Positions 49,073 to 59,101 of a stretch of DNA of 64,000 nucleotides are shown one piece after another (the stretch's first letter is position 1; the number at the start of each line of letters is the position of its first letter). This DNA is from Acidobacteriota bacterium (GTDB lineage Bacteria; Acidobacteriota; UBA6911), in contig OY761556.1 in the NCBI GenBank assembly GCA_963664705.1, positions 64,001 through 128,000 of the forward strand, given 5' to 3'. Below the pieces are notes generated by a model that was not told the DNA's origin, made no database searches, and saw only the letters and a list, made by a program, of their open reading frames with translations. Both the position numbers and the translations under genes were made by a program.

Positions 49073-50560
49073 TCACAGTTTTCTTAATTCTCGCCGCAAT
49101 ATTTTCCCTTGTGGCGTCTTTGGAAGATCCGAAACGAAATTGATTCTCTTCGGGACTTTATAGCGAGCCATTCGCTCTTTGCAGAAGGCGATCAATTCTC
49201 TTTCATCGACGGCCAATCCCGGCTTTATTGTGACAAATGCCGTGACCGCCTCTCCGTACTCACGATCCGGCAAGCCGACGACTCCGCACTCGTTAACCGC
49301 CCGGTGTTGGTGCAGCAGGTCCTCGACCTCCTTTGGAAAGACATTTTCGCCGCCCGTGATAATGATGTCTTTGATCCGGTCGACGATATACAGATATCCT
49401 TCCTCGTCGAAGATTCCGACGTCTCCGGAGTGCATCCAGCCGTTTCGAAGTGCCGCCGCTGTCTCAGCGGGCTGCTCGTAATAGCCTTTCATCACATTCG
49501 GACCGCGAATGATGATTTCGCCCTGATCGCCTTGCTTTACCTCGACGTCATTGGAGTCGACAAGCTTTACCTCAATGATTCCGGCGGGCATGCCAATGGA
49601 TCCGATCTTGTGCCGGAAAAGGTGATTGAACGTTACGAGCGATGCTACCTCTGTCATTCCATAGGCTTCATGAATCGGGAGTCTGAAGGCATCAAGCCAT
49701 TGACGCACGATTTCTGCCGGCATGCTTGTTCCGCCGGAAAAAACGTATTGGACGCTATTCAGGTACTTATGGGTTTCCGGGTTATTCAGAAATCTGATGA
49801 ATATGGTGGGGACGCCGTAAAAGCGGGTCACTTTTTGTTCGCTTACGCCTGCAATAACACTATCCATATCAAATGCGGAGAAGAGCAGAAGCGTGGCGCA
49901 CTGGGAAAAATAGGTGTGCATGATGTGGCACTGCGCGAAAACGTGGTTGAGCGGCAGGAAGCAGATGCCAACGTCTCCCGGGACCAATTTTTCGTGATAG
50001 GCCACATTCTGTGCGCTGTAGAGCAGGTTCCTGTGAGTCAGCATTGCACCCTTGGGAGTCCCGGTCGTTCCGCCGGTGTACAGAATAGCGGCCGGATCAT
50101 CTCCCGAAGTTTCCACCTCAGGGCAAATTCCGGGGAACGTTTCCCCGCGCAGGGCGCGTTGGAAGGTCTCATCCCGTTCGACCACGATCAAATTGCGAAT
50201 GAGGGGGATGGTTTCCGAGGGAGGCAACTGATCGAGCAACTGCTCGGACGTTACGATAACGGACGAACGGGAATCATTCACGACGCTCCTGATTTCGTCT
50301 CTTTTGTAAGCGCCGGGAACGCAGACGGAGATTGCGCCCAATTTTGCAATTGCGTAATAAACCAGGACCCATTCGGGTCTGTTTGCCATGTAGATGGAGA
50401 CCCGGTCGCCTTGGCCCACTCCCATTCCTGCCAGGTATTTGGACAGAGTTTGGATGGATTGGTTCATCTCCGCATAGGTAAAGCTTGAAGAGCCGAAGAT
50501 CAGAGCTTTTTTATCCGGATAACAAAGAGCGGCATTCTCAAACAAATCGGCAACATTCAT
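49073..50560 (-). CDS. Long-chain fatty acid--CoA ligase family
   Basis: YTGGTTGTPKG, YGMTE, SGD, DRIKD.IITGGEN, LPKTPQGK. Confidence 0.92.
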   Translation of the reverse strand: MNVADLFENAALCYPDKKALIFGSSSFTYAEMNQSIQTLSKYLAGMGVGQGDRVSIYMANRPEWVLVYYAIAKLGAISVCVPGAYKRDEIRSVVNDSRSSVIVTSEQLLDQLPPSETIPLIRNLIVVERDETFQRALRGETFPGICPEVETSGDDPAAILYTGGTTGTPKGAMLTHRNLLYSAQNVAYHEKLVPGDVGICFLPLNHVFAQCHIMHTYFSQCATLLLFSAFDMDSVIAGVSEQKVTRFYGVPTIFIRFLNNPETHKYLNSVQYVFSGGTSMPAEIVRQWLDAFRLPIHEAYGMTEVASLVTFNHLFRHKIGSIGMPAGIIEVKLVDSNDVEVKQGDQGEIIIRGPNVMKGYYEQPAETAAALRNGWMHSGDVGIFDEEGYLYIVDRIKDIIITGGENVFPKEVEDLLHQHRAVNECGVVGLPDREYGEAVTAFVTIKPGLAVDERELIAFCKERMARYKVPKRINFVSDLPKTPQGKILRRELRKL

Positions 50561-50617
50561 GATGAGCTCTCCTGACGATCTGCTTTTTCCACACCAGCCT
50601 GGTTAACCCTTCCGGCC

Positions 50618-52453
50618 CTACCGGAAGAGTCTGGGCAAAGCCGTCGACATGAAAGGTACATAGGTGATCAGTAGAACTCCCGCAAGGAGAACCAGAAGAA
50701 TCGGAATGATCGACCTGCAGACTTCCGGCATCGGCTTGTTGAATCGGTAGGAAGACAGGAATAGATTCATGCCGACCGGCGGTGTCAGATATCCGAGTTC
50801 CAGGTTTGCCAGGAAGATGATTCCAAGGTGAATCGGATCGATGCCGAAGGCCGCTCCCAGCGGTACCATCAAGGGCACCACGACTACGATCGCGGAAAAG
50901 ATATCCATAAGGCATCCGACAATGAGCAGGACAAAGTTCAAGGCCAGCAGGAAGACCAGTGGTGAATGCACCGAACTTTGCACCCATGTAATCATGTGCT
51001 CCGGTACTTGCGCCTGAATCAGAAAACCGGTGAAGCCAAGTGCAACACCCAGGATCAGAAGGATGGCCCCGACCAGGAGGCCGCACTCCGTCATGACGCG
51101 GGGGATGTCTTTGATGATGCCCAGATCCCTGTAGATCATCGATTCAACGATAAACGCATAAAATGCGGTAATGGCCGAGGCTTCAACGGCGGTCGCAATC
51201 CCGCTGAAGAGGGCGGCACACGCAACAACCGGAAGCAGCAGTTCCCATTTGGCATCCCACAGGGCACTGCGTGCTTCCGCCCAGCTGAAATGCTTTCTTT
51301 CGCTCGCGGCCATTTTGGGACTCTGGAATATGCCCCAGATGCCGGCCGCAACAACCATCAGGGTTCCCGGGAGAATACCTCCGAGGAACATCTGGTTTAT
51401 CTCAACGCGGGCAATAATGGCGTACAGAATTACCGGAAGGCAGGGAGGGAAAAGCAGTCCGATGGAGCCGGATCCGGTGAGGAGCCCCAGTGCATTCCTT
51501 TCGGAGTAGCGGGCAGCCAGCAAAACCGGCATGAGCAAGCCTCCGAGTGCAAGAATGGTCACACCGGAGGCGCCGGTAAATGATGTAAAAAAGGCGCAGA
51601 CGAGCACCGTGGCGATGGCGGGTCCGCCGCGGAAATGACCGACCAGCGTTTGAAATACGCGCACCATGCGCCGGGCCGCGCCTCCTTCCGCCAGCAGGTA
51701 TCCCGCAAGAGTAAACATGGGAATAGCCGGCAGGGCCGCATTGGTTACCTGTTCGTAATGCCGGATCGGCATGATTTCAATAGGAATTTCGTTTCCCCAA
51801 AGGAGGATCAGCGCAATGCCGCCGAGTGTGACAAAGATGGGGGCACCCAGCAGAGTCGCGGCAAGCAGCAGGATTATTGCCGGAACAATCATCTTTGACG
51901 GATCTATCGGGGACCAGACGGCGGCGGCGATAACGGCAAATGCCACCACCAATGCAAGACCGCGCCGGGACCAGCGATCCGATGCGTGCCAGAGAAGGCG
52001 GAGGGCGATGGCTCCGAATCCCAGCGGAAGAATCGTCTCTGCCCACCAGATCGGCATTCCGTATGCGAGGATGTTACCGGCTTCTTTCTCCTGAAGCACA
52101 AAGCGCACGCTTGCAATAAATAAAACAGATGTGAAAGCCGCAGCCACGGCATTACTGAAAAGCTGGGCTACATTTTTTGCGCCCGGTTTTAAGAATGTCG
52201 TAACCGTCGAAAGGGAGAGGAGTCGACCTTCCCGTGCGGCAATAGCTCCTCCGATCATGCAGACAAAAAGTGTGAGGTGCGATTGAATGGCGCTCGAGCC
52301 GCGCAGGACAATGGTGGTCGATCTTAACGCCATCTCCAGCAAGGGTATGATCACCATCGCGGCAAGACAGGCAGTGAGCAGAGTGTTTTCGCCCGTCCGC
52401 GCGATCTTGATCAAAGAATTCGAGCTGTGTTCCTTCCCGGCCGGTTCGCTCAC
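50618..52453 (-). CDS. dctM: TRAP transporter fused DctQM permease
   Basis: N-terminal 4-TM DctQ; AIPMFTLAG, FTGASG, GLLFPP, GYLTPPVGMNLF. Confidence 0.92.
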   Translation of the reverse strand: MSEPAGKEHSSNSLIKIARTGENTLLTACLAAMVIIPLLEMALRSTTIVLRGSSAIQSHLTLFVCMIGGAIAAREGRLLSLSTVTTFLKPGAKNVAQLFSNAVAAAFTSVLFIASVRFVLQEKEAGNILAYGMPIWWAETILPLGFGAIALRLLWHASDRWSRRGLALVVAFAVIAAAVWSPIDPSKMIVPAIILLLAATLLGAPIFVTLGGIALILLWGNEIPIEIMPIRHYEQVTNAALPAIPMFTLAGYLLAEGGAARRMVRVFQTLVGHFRGGPAIATVLVCAFFTSFTGASGVTILALGGLLMPVLLAARYSERNALGLLTGSGSIGLLFPPCLPVILYAIIARVEINQMFLGGILPGTLMVVAAGIWGIFQSPKMAASERKHFSWAEARSALWDAKWELLLPVVACAALFSGIATAVEASAITAFYAFIVESMIYRDLGIIKDIPRVMTECGLLVGAILLILGVALGFTGFLIQAQVPEHMITWVQSSVHSPLVFLLALNFVLLIVGCLMDIFSAIVVVVPLMVPLGAAFGIDPIHLGIIFLANLELGYLTPPVGMNLFLSSYRFNKPMPEVCRSIIPILLVLLAGVLLITYVPFMSTALPRLFR

Positions 52454-53484
52454 TTTTTAGTTCCTTTCGCGCGATATTCCGCGGCCAGTCTCTGTACCTC
52501 ATCAAAGATATCGTTGGGGACAGCCTTCCCACGCAATTGCGGATAGATGATTTTCGTCAGCTTCAGCCACTCTTCCTCAATCTGGGGAGTGATCGGGTTG
52601 ACGACCAGTCCTCTCTTCTGCATTGCGGAAATGGAGTCCAGATCTTCCTTCCTGGCACTGGCTCTGATTTTGACTCCGGCTGTGGCGGCTGCGCTGCGTA
52701 ACTTGACCTGGATGTCCGGAGGGATCTTGTCCCAGACATCTTTGCGAACGATGGTTGCCCCCGAAAGAACCGACCATTTCAGATCGAGCATGTTCTTCGC
52801 ATAGGTATAGACTTGGCCCAAAAGCGCTTGGTTGGGCGGGAGTGGTACGGCATTGATTCGATCTATCTGGAGACCTGTGAGGATATCCGCGGTTTCGGTA
52901 GGCACCGGGTTGTATCCCAGTGCTTTCATCAGATCAATCTGGTCGGAATTGCCCGCCCATGTGAACATTTTGAATCGCTTGAAGTCGTCCGGGTGTGTCC
53001 CGGGGGCTTTGGAAAAGAAACGAACCCATCCGGCATCTCCCCAGAAAAGAACAACGAAACCCTTATCCAACAGCAGCTTTTCCAATTTTGGAGACAACTT
53101 CTCAACAACATAGTCGTATTCTTCCCAGGAACGAAAAGTCAGAGGCAGAAAGGAGAGGCCGCCGACGGACTTGTCGATCTCGCTCAGCCCCACCACGGTG
53201 AACAGGCCTGCAGCCAGGGAGCGGCTGCGCATCATTTTCACCATCCCTGCCTCGGAACCCTGTACGCCGTCCGGATAGATAACCAGCTTAACGGCGCCGC
53301 CGCTTGCATTGCGCCAGCTTTCTCCCATTTCAGCTAATGCGGTGTAAAAGGAGCTCCCCTTGGGCGCCAGCGTTCCGAGCTCAATTCTAACCGGGTCCAT
53401 CGCTGCCAGATCGGAGGGCATCCCGAAAACAACAAATGCTGTGATTGCGCCAATGAATGCAAGCACGGCCGCAGATCTTCTCAT
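52450..53484 (-). CDS. dctP: TRAP substrate-binding protein (TPAT P component)
   Basis: TLAP.GS, IYP.GVQG.E..MV..MR, LEK...DKGF.VL.W. Confidence 0.88.
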   Translation of the reverse strand: MRRSAAVLAFIGAITAFVVFGMPSDLAAMDPVRIELGTLAPKGSSFYTALAEMGESWRNASGGAVKLVIYPDGVQGSEAGMVKMMRSRSLAAGLFTVVGLSEIDKSVGGLSFLPLTFRSWEEYDYVVEKLSPKLEKLLLDKGFVVLFWGDAGWVRFFSKAPGTHPDDFKRFKMFTWAGNSDQIDLMKALGYNPVPTETADILTGLQIDRINAVPLPPNQALLGQVYTYAKNMLDLKWSVLSGATIVRKDVWDKIPPDIQVKLRSAAATAGVKIRASARKEDLDSISAMQKRGLVVNPITPQIEEEWLKLTKIIYPQLRGKAVPNDIFDEVQRLAAEYRAKGTKK

Positions 53485-54434
53485 TTCTCATCTCCTTGCG
53501 TCGGTTGAGTCAAAAACAGTTCATCGATGCGCGACAGGAGCCAACGGGCGCGGCGCTGCATCACAAGATTGGCCAGCCGATATTCCGGCCGGACATTTAC
53601 ATCGACCGCAATAGCGCGGTCCAGCAAAGACTGAAATTCCTTACGGTCCTGCCTGGTTATGGAAACGGATTCGGCAAGCGATACCAGCGGTCCCGCTTGA
53701 TGCCCTCCGGAGAGCTCCATAGCCCTGTCAAAATGTTTGCGGGCGCGTTCCAGGGGGTCTCCCTCTCCGCCTTGCCGCACCGGTTCATAGCTGATCAGAA
53801 AAGAGTGGATGGCTCCCTGATCGAAGGCTTCGTTCAGCGCCAGGGCGCGGTCTACCAGCGCTTCAACCACCGGCTGATCCGCTATAAGGTCCGGTTCGTT
53901 TTTGGAAAGAGTGATCGCGAGCCCCCAGGAGGCCGCGGTCCAGTAAAGCAAAGGGACATCCGCAGCCTTTGTCGATTGCACAGTCTTGCGCGGATCTTTG
54001 ATGACCGCGGCTCCAAAGCCCGGATGTGCTGTCTCCAGCCCGCGCACTCCATAATCCCTGGCTCGCAAAAAGAGGTTTCGGGCGCGTACGCGCATTTCCG
54101 TGGCCAGCGCCAGATTCTGAGGCTCCATCTCGTCGGCTTCTTCCCTGACGAAGGCATAGGCGTACTGTGTGAAATCGCTGCAGGCTGCCAACAGCAGCGC
54201 ACGATGTTTGGGGCTCTCCGCCAGCAGGCTCTCGATGAGCTTCAGGCTGAAGGGAAGGGCATCCTTAACCAGTTCCGGATCGGGGTCGGATGCAAACGTG
54301 GTCCCGCTTTCCGCCAGTGCATCGCCGAGTTTTTTGACGGCAATTTTTCGAACAGAACAGCCGCACAGCAGAGCTGTAATAAGCACAAGAAGGAAAATGC
54401 GATGCCATGTCCCGCGTCTTTGTTTTTTATCCAT
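53481..54434 (-). CDS. tatT: TRAP TatT component lipoprotein
   Basis: Lipobox LLCGC; D.DPEL...ALPF.LKL.ESL; YA.AF; RAR..FLRARDYG; ATGA overlap with dctP. Confidence 0.85.
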   Translation of the reverse strand: MDKKQRRGTWHRIFLLVLITALLCGCSVRKIAVKKLGDALAESGTTFASDPDPELVKDALPFSLKLIESLLAESPKHRALLLAACSDFTQYAYAFVREEADEMEPQNLALATEMRVRARNLFLRARDYGVRGLETAHPGFGAAVIKDPRKTVQSTKAADVPLLYWTAASWGLAITLSKNEPDLIADQPVVEALVDRALALNEAFDQGAIHSFLISYEPVRQGGEGDPLERARKHFDRAMELSGGHQAGPLVSLAESVSITRQDRKEFQSLLDRAIAVDVNVRPEYRLANLVMQRRARWLLSRIDELFLTQPTQGDEK

Positions 54435-54605
54435 AGAGATATCCAGTCACCCAGTCTTCACTGCAAAATAAACAGTCATCCTATCAGAAATCGGCAACGA
54501 GGCATCGGCAAAAAATTCCATTCAAGGACCGGTGAATAAGTGTTGATTGACAAAATATCAGCGGCGATTATGTGATATTTTCTGTGTGACGAATGGAGCC
54601 GGGAT

Positions 54606-55586
54606 ATGGATTTATCTCGAACCTCAAGGGATCAAAGACTTGCTGGTGTGTTCACGGTTTGTGCCGCCATACTGTGGCTTTTTCTCCTGCCATTGCAGTC
54701 AGAACAGAGCAACCATAAGCGGCTGATTTTAAAAGATGGATCCTATGAGCTGATCAGCAGCTATGAAGTCCGGGGCGACCGGGTGCGCTATTACAGCACT
54801 GAGCGCAATGCCTGGGAAGAGATGCCCGCCTCTCTGGTCGATTGGAAGGCAACGGAGCAATGGTCCGGGCAGGCATCCCGCGAAGCATCGGAACGCACGC
54901 GCGAAGCGTTGGGTCGGGCAGCGGACGAGCGCAAGGATGACGAAGCCCATACGCCCCTGGTCGCGCCCGGCGTTAGATTGCTGTCCGGGGACAGCGTGTA
55001 CCTGCTGGATATTTTTCAGAATGCGCCGGAGTTGAATCCGCTGGTTCAGAATGGGGCAGACCTGAACAAAAACACCGGGAAAAATATTTTGCGGGGTGTT
55101 ATCAATCCGGTAGCCGGACCGCGTCAGACAATTGAGCTGAAGGGTTTGCATGCGAGCGTCAAATCGCATGTTACAACTCCGTCGCTCTATTTTCCCATCG
55201 ACCCCGATGATTCGTCGGCGGGATATACCAGTGCTACTGCTAAAGATCATCTTAAGATAGTGCGCTGCCTGGAAAAGAATGGAAGCCGGATCGTCAGTTC
55301 CATTGACATTGCAATATACGGAAAGGTGAAACAGAAGACGGACTTCCTGGAAGTCAAAGTCGAGCCTGTATCCGATTTTTGGGTGAAGATAGTTCCGATC
55401 GCGCCGCTTTCGATCGGCGAGTACGCGTTGGTGGAATTTGACGAGAAGGGAAGAATGAATCAGTTTGTATGGGATTTTGGCGTGAATCCGGCTGCTCCGA
55501 TTAATCCGGCGGCAGAACGGTCCAGTCCCGACAGAAATGAACCGGTTTTAGTTCAAAAGCCGAAAAAAAGCTCGCCGTCAAAATAG
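54606..55586 (+). CDS. Exported hypothetical protein
   Basis: N-terminal hydrophobic segment; RLILKDGSY...VRYYS.ER..WEE.P...VDW. Confidence 0.7.
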   Translation: MDLSRTSRDQRLAGVFTVCAAILWLFLLPLQSEQSNHKRLILKDGSYELISSYEVRGDRVRYYSTERNAWEEMPASLVDWKATEQWSGQASREASERTREALGRAADERKDDEAHTPLVAPGVRLLSGDSVYLLDIFQNAPELNPLVQNGADLNKNTGKNILRGVINPVAGPRQTIELKGLHASVKSHVTTPSLYFPIDPDDSSAGYTSATAKDHLKIVRCLEKNGSRIVSSIDIAIYGKVKQKTDFLEVKVEPVSDFWVKIVPIAPLSIGEYALVEFDEKGRMNQFVWDFGVNPAAPINPAAERSSPDRNEPVLVQKPKKSSPSK

Positions 55587-55630
55587 ATGCCGGCCGAGGC
55601 ATGGCCATTGGCAGAAGGGTATAACTCCCG

Positions 55631-56032
55631 ATGATTATCCGTCCTGAGGAAGTGCATTTTGAGTTTGTGCGGGCGTCCGGTCCGGGAGGGCAGAACGTCA
55701 ACAAAGTGGCAACGGCTGTGCAGCTTCGGTTTGACGCGCGCAACTCGCAGTCTATCACACCCGAAATACGGGAGCGGCTGCTTCGGCTGGCAGGCAAGCG
55801 TGTGACGCTGTCCGGCGAAATCATTATCGAGGCCAGGAGGTTTCGGACTCAACTGCGCAATCGCGAGGATGCGATGCAACGGCTGCTTCATTTGATAGAG
55901 CTGGCTTCCACGGAACCCAAAGTCAGGCGCAAATCGAAGCCGACGTTGTCTTCGAATTTGAAACGATTGCAGGAGAAGAAACGCAGGTCCGGCGTGAAAC
56001 AGTTCCGATCTCGCAGCAGCATGGATGATTAG
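55631..56032 (+). CDS. arfB: Alternative ribosome rescue factor B
   Basis: RASGPGGQNVNKV, RTQLRNR, basic C-terminal tail. Confidence 0.93.
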   Translation: MIIRPEEVHFEFVRASGPGGQNVNKVATAVQLRFDARNSQSITPEIRERLLRLAGKRVTLSGEIIIEARRFRTQLRNREDAMQRLLHLIELASTEPKVRRKSKPTLSSNLKRLQEKKRRSGVKQFRSRSSMDD

Positions 56033-56090
56033 CGGAATCCCGGAATCCCCGGGCATACCCGTCGGTTAAGCAGTTGAGCTGGTATGGAAG

Positions 56091-56432
56091 TTACAAATAG
56101 CGGGCGAAGCGATTCTTTTTGTCGACAAGGACGATGGTCGGTTTGAGAGGCTCCGAAACCATCTCGAATCCCATGATGATGATTTCCTCCCCGCTCTTGA
56201 TCCGAAGAGCGGCTGCCCCGTTCATGCAGATTTCGCCCGATCCACGCTTCCCGACAATGACATACGTCTCGAGTCGTTGACCGGTGGTATTGCTGACCAC
56301 CAGGACCTTTTCTCCCGGCCAGAGGCCTACCCGCTCGATCAGATCCTCGTCTATCGTGATGCTGCCGACGTACGCCACATTCGCTTCAGTGACTGTGGCA
56401 TTATGAATTTTTGATCGCAAAAGCCAACGCAT
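56091..56432 (-). CDS. panD: Aspartate 1-decarboxylase
   Basis: SKIH.ATVT.A...YVGSITID (G-S autocleavage), RLETY, NGAAA. Confidence 0.95.
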   Translation of the reverse strand: MRWLLRSKIHNATVTEANVAYVGSITIDEDLIERVGLWPGEKVLVVSNTTGQRLETYVIVGKRGSGEICMNGAAALRIKSGEEIIIMGFEMVSEPLKPTIVLVDKKNRFARYL

Positions 56433-56563
56433 ACAAATTATCCCGCGAAATGATGCCCGAAATATGGCCTGTAGTCCACAGTTAATGCGATTTTCTGCGT
56501 CACGGTGATTCTGAAAAGCCCGGAAAAGCTAAAAGGTGATACACTCAGGGGGGAGAATGCCAC

Positions 56564-57355
56564 ATGGATGCCAAAGCTTCAGGGAAGGATATTATTGTTG
56601 CGGTCGTCGATAATATGCAGGAATCCTGTGAACCCCTGCTTTACAACACACTTGTGCCAAGCCACTATGATGTCTATCTGCACAGGGAAGACCACAGCCG
56701 CCTGTCGTCCATACTGATCAGGATACGGGAAGAGGCCGTTCAGGCTCTTGATGCAAAACTGGCTGATCTGAACAAAAAAGGCTTTTCCCTGCCCGGCATG
56801 CGGACATCCAAAGCCAAGTACGAAGCTGCCGAAAAGGAATGGTCCATTAAGTTTCACATTGACGAAAACGATGAGCTCTCTCCCGGAGATATTCTGGTGG
56901 ATTCCAGGCTGGCTTTGCCAGCTCCCGTGGAATTTGGCGTGGGGACAAAGACGCAGCGCTCGGAAACGATTCGATCCGGGGGGGAGACAAAGAGGCTTCG
57001 GAAGAGATCGGAAGAGGGGCAGCCCGACGGAGGCCCGGCAATCGCAAAGCTGTCGTACCAGGATAAAAACGGACAGGGTTGCGAGTTCCTGGTCACTGCA
57101 ACTGAAATTTCGGTTGGGCGAGGCGGTCGCAACGAATTCTGCGATCTGGAATTGGATGTGCCGGCGGATATTTCCCGACGGCATTTCTACCTGAGACAGG
57201 ATCCGCAGACGCGCGAGTTTTTTATTCAGGACGTAAGCAAGTTTGGGACGGCCGTGGACGGGAAGAAGATTGCTCCGAAAGAATGGGTTCCCCTTTCCGC
57301 AAAAGCTGCCATCGTTCTTGCGGACAGAATGACATTGGAATTTCAACAGCTATGA
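56564..57355 (+). CDS. FhaA-like protein (DUF3662-like N-terminus + FHA domain)
   Basis: VP..Y.V.LH..D N-terminal region; FHA GR...ISRRH...D.SKFGT.VDG. Confidence 0.85.
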   Translation: MDAKASGKDIIVAVVDNMQESCEPLLYNTLVPSHYDVYLHREDHSRLSSILIRIREEAVQALDAKLADLNKKGFSLPGMRTSKAKYEAAEKEWSIKFHIDENDELSPGDILVDSRLALPAPVEFGVGTKTQRSETIRSGGETKRLRKRSEEGQPDGGPAIAKLSYQDKNGQGCEFLVTATEISVGRGGRNEFCDLELDVPADISRRHFYLRQDPQTREFFIQDVSKFGTAVDGKKIAPKEWVPLSAKAAIVLADRMTLEFQQL

Positions 57356-57457
57356 TATCCCTGTATTGGGCACGTTACGGATTTCTGCTCCTGATGGCTC
57401 TGGCCATTTTATCGATCGTCTGCGTTCATCTGAAGACAATCCGTTCGAGATAACTTC

Positions 57458-59068
57458 GTGCAGAAGACAAAAGCGTCTCCCAACTGGAAAGCCTGGGGTC
57501 AGACCGATCAAGGGCGAAAACGCCACAACAATGAGGATAGAATTCTCTGCGATCCCGACCGCGGCATTTTTGTCGTGGCGGATGGCATGGGTGGCGAAGC
57601 TGCAGGCGAAGTGGCCGCCCAGCAAGCCGTTGATTTTATAGGGACTCGGTTATCCTCGGAAACCGGAACCGTGGCGCGGCGGCTGAGAGAAGCCATCGCG
57701 GGGGCCAACAACGAAATCTACCGCCTTGCCTCGCAGAATTCTGAGTGGCATGGAATGGCGTGCGTCCTCACTGCGGCAGTTATTGAAAATGGGATTCTGC
57801 ATGTTGGACATGTGGGCGATTCGCGCCTTTATCGAATTCAGAACAATGCCATTCGAAAGCTCACTCCGGATCATTCCCCCGTGGGACAAAAAGAGGATTC
57901 CGGGGAGTTGACGGAACTGGAAGCGATGCGGCATCCAAGACGCAACGAGGTCTTTCGCGATGTCGGGTCTCAACCACACAAGCCCGAGGATCCGGATTTT
58001 GTCGAGTATCTTCAGTTTCCTTTCGAGCGTGACGCGGCATTTGTCTTTTGCTCCGACGGTTTGAGCGACATGCTGAGTTCCAGGGAGATCCTGGGGGCCG
58101 TGCTTGAAAATGCCGGGAGGCCGCAAGCTGCCGTCCGCAGCCTGATTGACAAGGCCAATGCGGCTGGGGGGAAGGACAATATTTCGGTCATTGTTGTCGA
58201 ATCTGCAGATTTCACCACCTCAACTGCAAAGAATACGGCTGTTATGGGAAAAAGTGGGCGGTCTGCCTCCTGGTTCCGGGAGCCTTGGGCATTCCTTGTT
58301 TACGGAATTATCCTCAGCCTTCTCGCCATTTCTATTTTCAAGAGTCCAGCCAAACCGCAGGTCGAGACGCCTCCAATTCCGTCGATACGAGCGTCTGTCG
58401 TGTTGCATGTCGCTCCTTCAGGCGAACACTCCACAATTGCAGGCGCGCTGGAAGCCGCGAACGACGGCGATCGCATCGAAGTGGCGGATGGAGAATACCA
58501 GGAAATATTGAAGCTTAAGGATGGCGTGGATATTTTTGCGAAAACACCCGGCAAGGCTGTGATCCATTTGACACAGGCGCTCCCCAATGCAAATGCCGCG
58601 GTTACGGCCGAGGGTGTCAAGCGGGCCGGCATCATGGGTCTTGCCATCAAAGCAGAGCCCTCTGCCGCGCTGCCTGTCGGGATCCGCCTTGTTAACTCCA
58701 ATGTCAGTATTGTGGGAGTGGAAGTGTCGGGGGCGGTGCGCACCGGGATCCAGGTAGAGGGAGATTCCGGGAGCTTTCTTGCCGGCTGTTACGTACATGG
58801 TAATGCGGGACCTGGGATCGTGACATCCGGGACTTCAATTCCAATCATGACTGGAAACCTGATTTATGCCAACGGCCTGGTGAGAACACAAGCAGCTCCG
58901 GGCTTGTATGTTACCGGCAATTCGGTTCCGGAAGTGAGGCGGAATACCTTTTCAGGGAATGGAGCCGAAGCTATCCGTTTGCAGAAGCAGGAACTCAAGG
59001 AAAAGATGATGGACAACCTCTTTATCAATTCCAGGAAGACAGTACTTATCGAACATATCCGGCAATAA
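57458..59068 (+). CDS. PP2C Ser/Thr phosphatase + TM + extracytoplasmic parallel beta-helix
   Basis: R..NED, VADGMGG, HVGDSR, CSDGL, GG.DN; TM; TI..AL..A..GD.I.V..G.Y followed by N..GN repeats. Confidence 0.9.
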   Translation: MQKTKASPNWKAWGQTDQGRKRHNNEDRILCDPDRGIFVVADGMGGEAAGEVAAQQAVDFIGTRLSSETGTVARRLREAIAGANNEIYRLASQNSEWHGMACVLTAAVIENGILHVGHVGDSRLYRIQNNAIRKLTPDHSPVGQKEDSGELTELEAMRHPRRNEVFRDVGSQPHKPEDPDFVEYLQFPFERDAAFVFCSDGLSDMLSSREILGAVLENAGRPQAAVRSLIDKANAAGGKDNISVIVVESADFTTSTAKNTAVMGKSGRSASWFREPWAFLVYGIILSLLAISIFKSPAKPQVETPPIPSIRASVVLHVAPSGEHSTIAGALEAANDGDRIEVADGEYQEILKLKDGVDIFAKTPGKAVIHLTQALPNANAAVTAEGVKRAGIMGLAIKAEPSAALPVGIRLVNSNVSIVGVEVSGAVRTGIQVEGDSGSFLAGCYVHGNAGPGIVTSGTSIPIMTGNLIYANGLVRTQAAPGLYVTGNSVPEVRRNTFSGNGAEAIRLQKQELKEKMMDNLFINSRKTVLIEHIRQ

Positions 59069-59101
59069 GCGAAACGGGTACAGAAGGAAATTGCAGGTGC
59101 A

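Noticed and set aside
49109-50488. 459-aa plus-strand ORF
   Set aside because: Antisense shadow of the acyl-CoA ligase
55600-55631. Possible frameshifted N-terminus of arfB
   Set aside because: No start codon found in the alternative frame nearby; ATG 55631 gives a complete-looking protein
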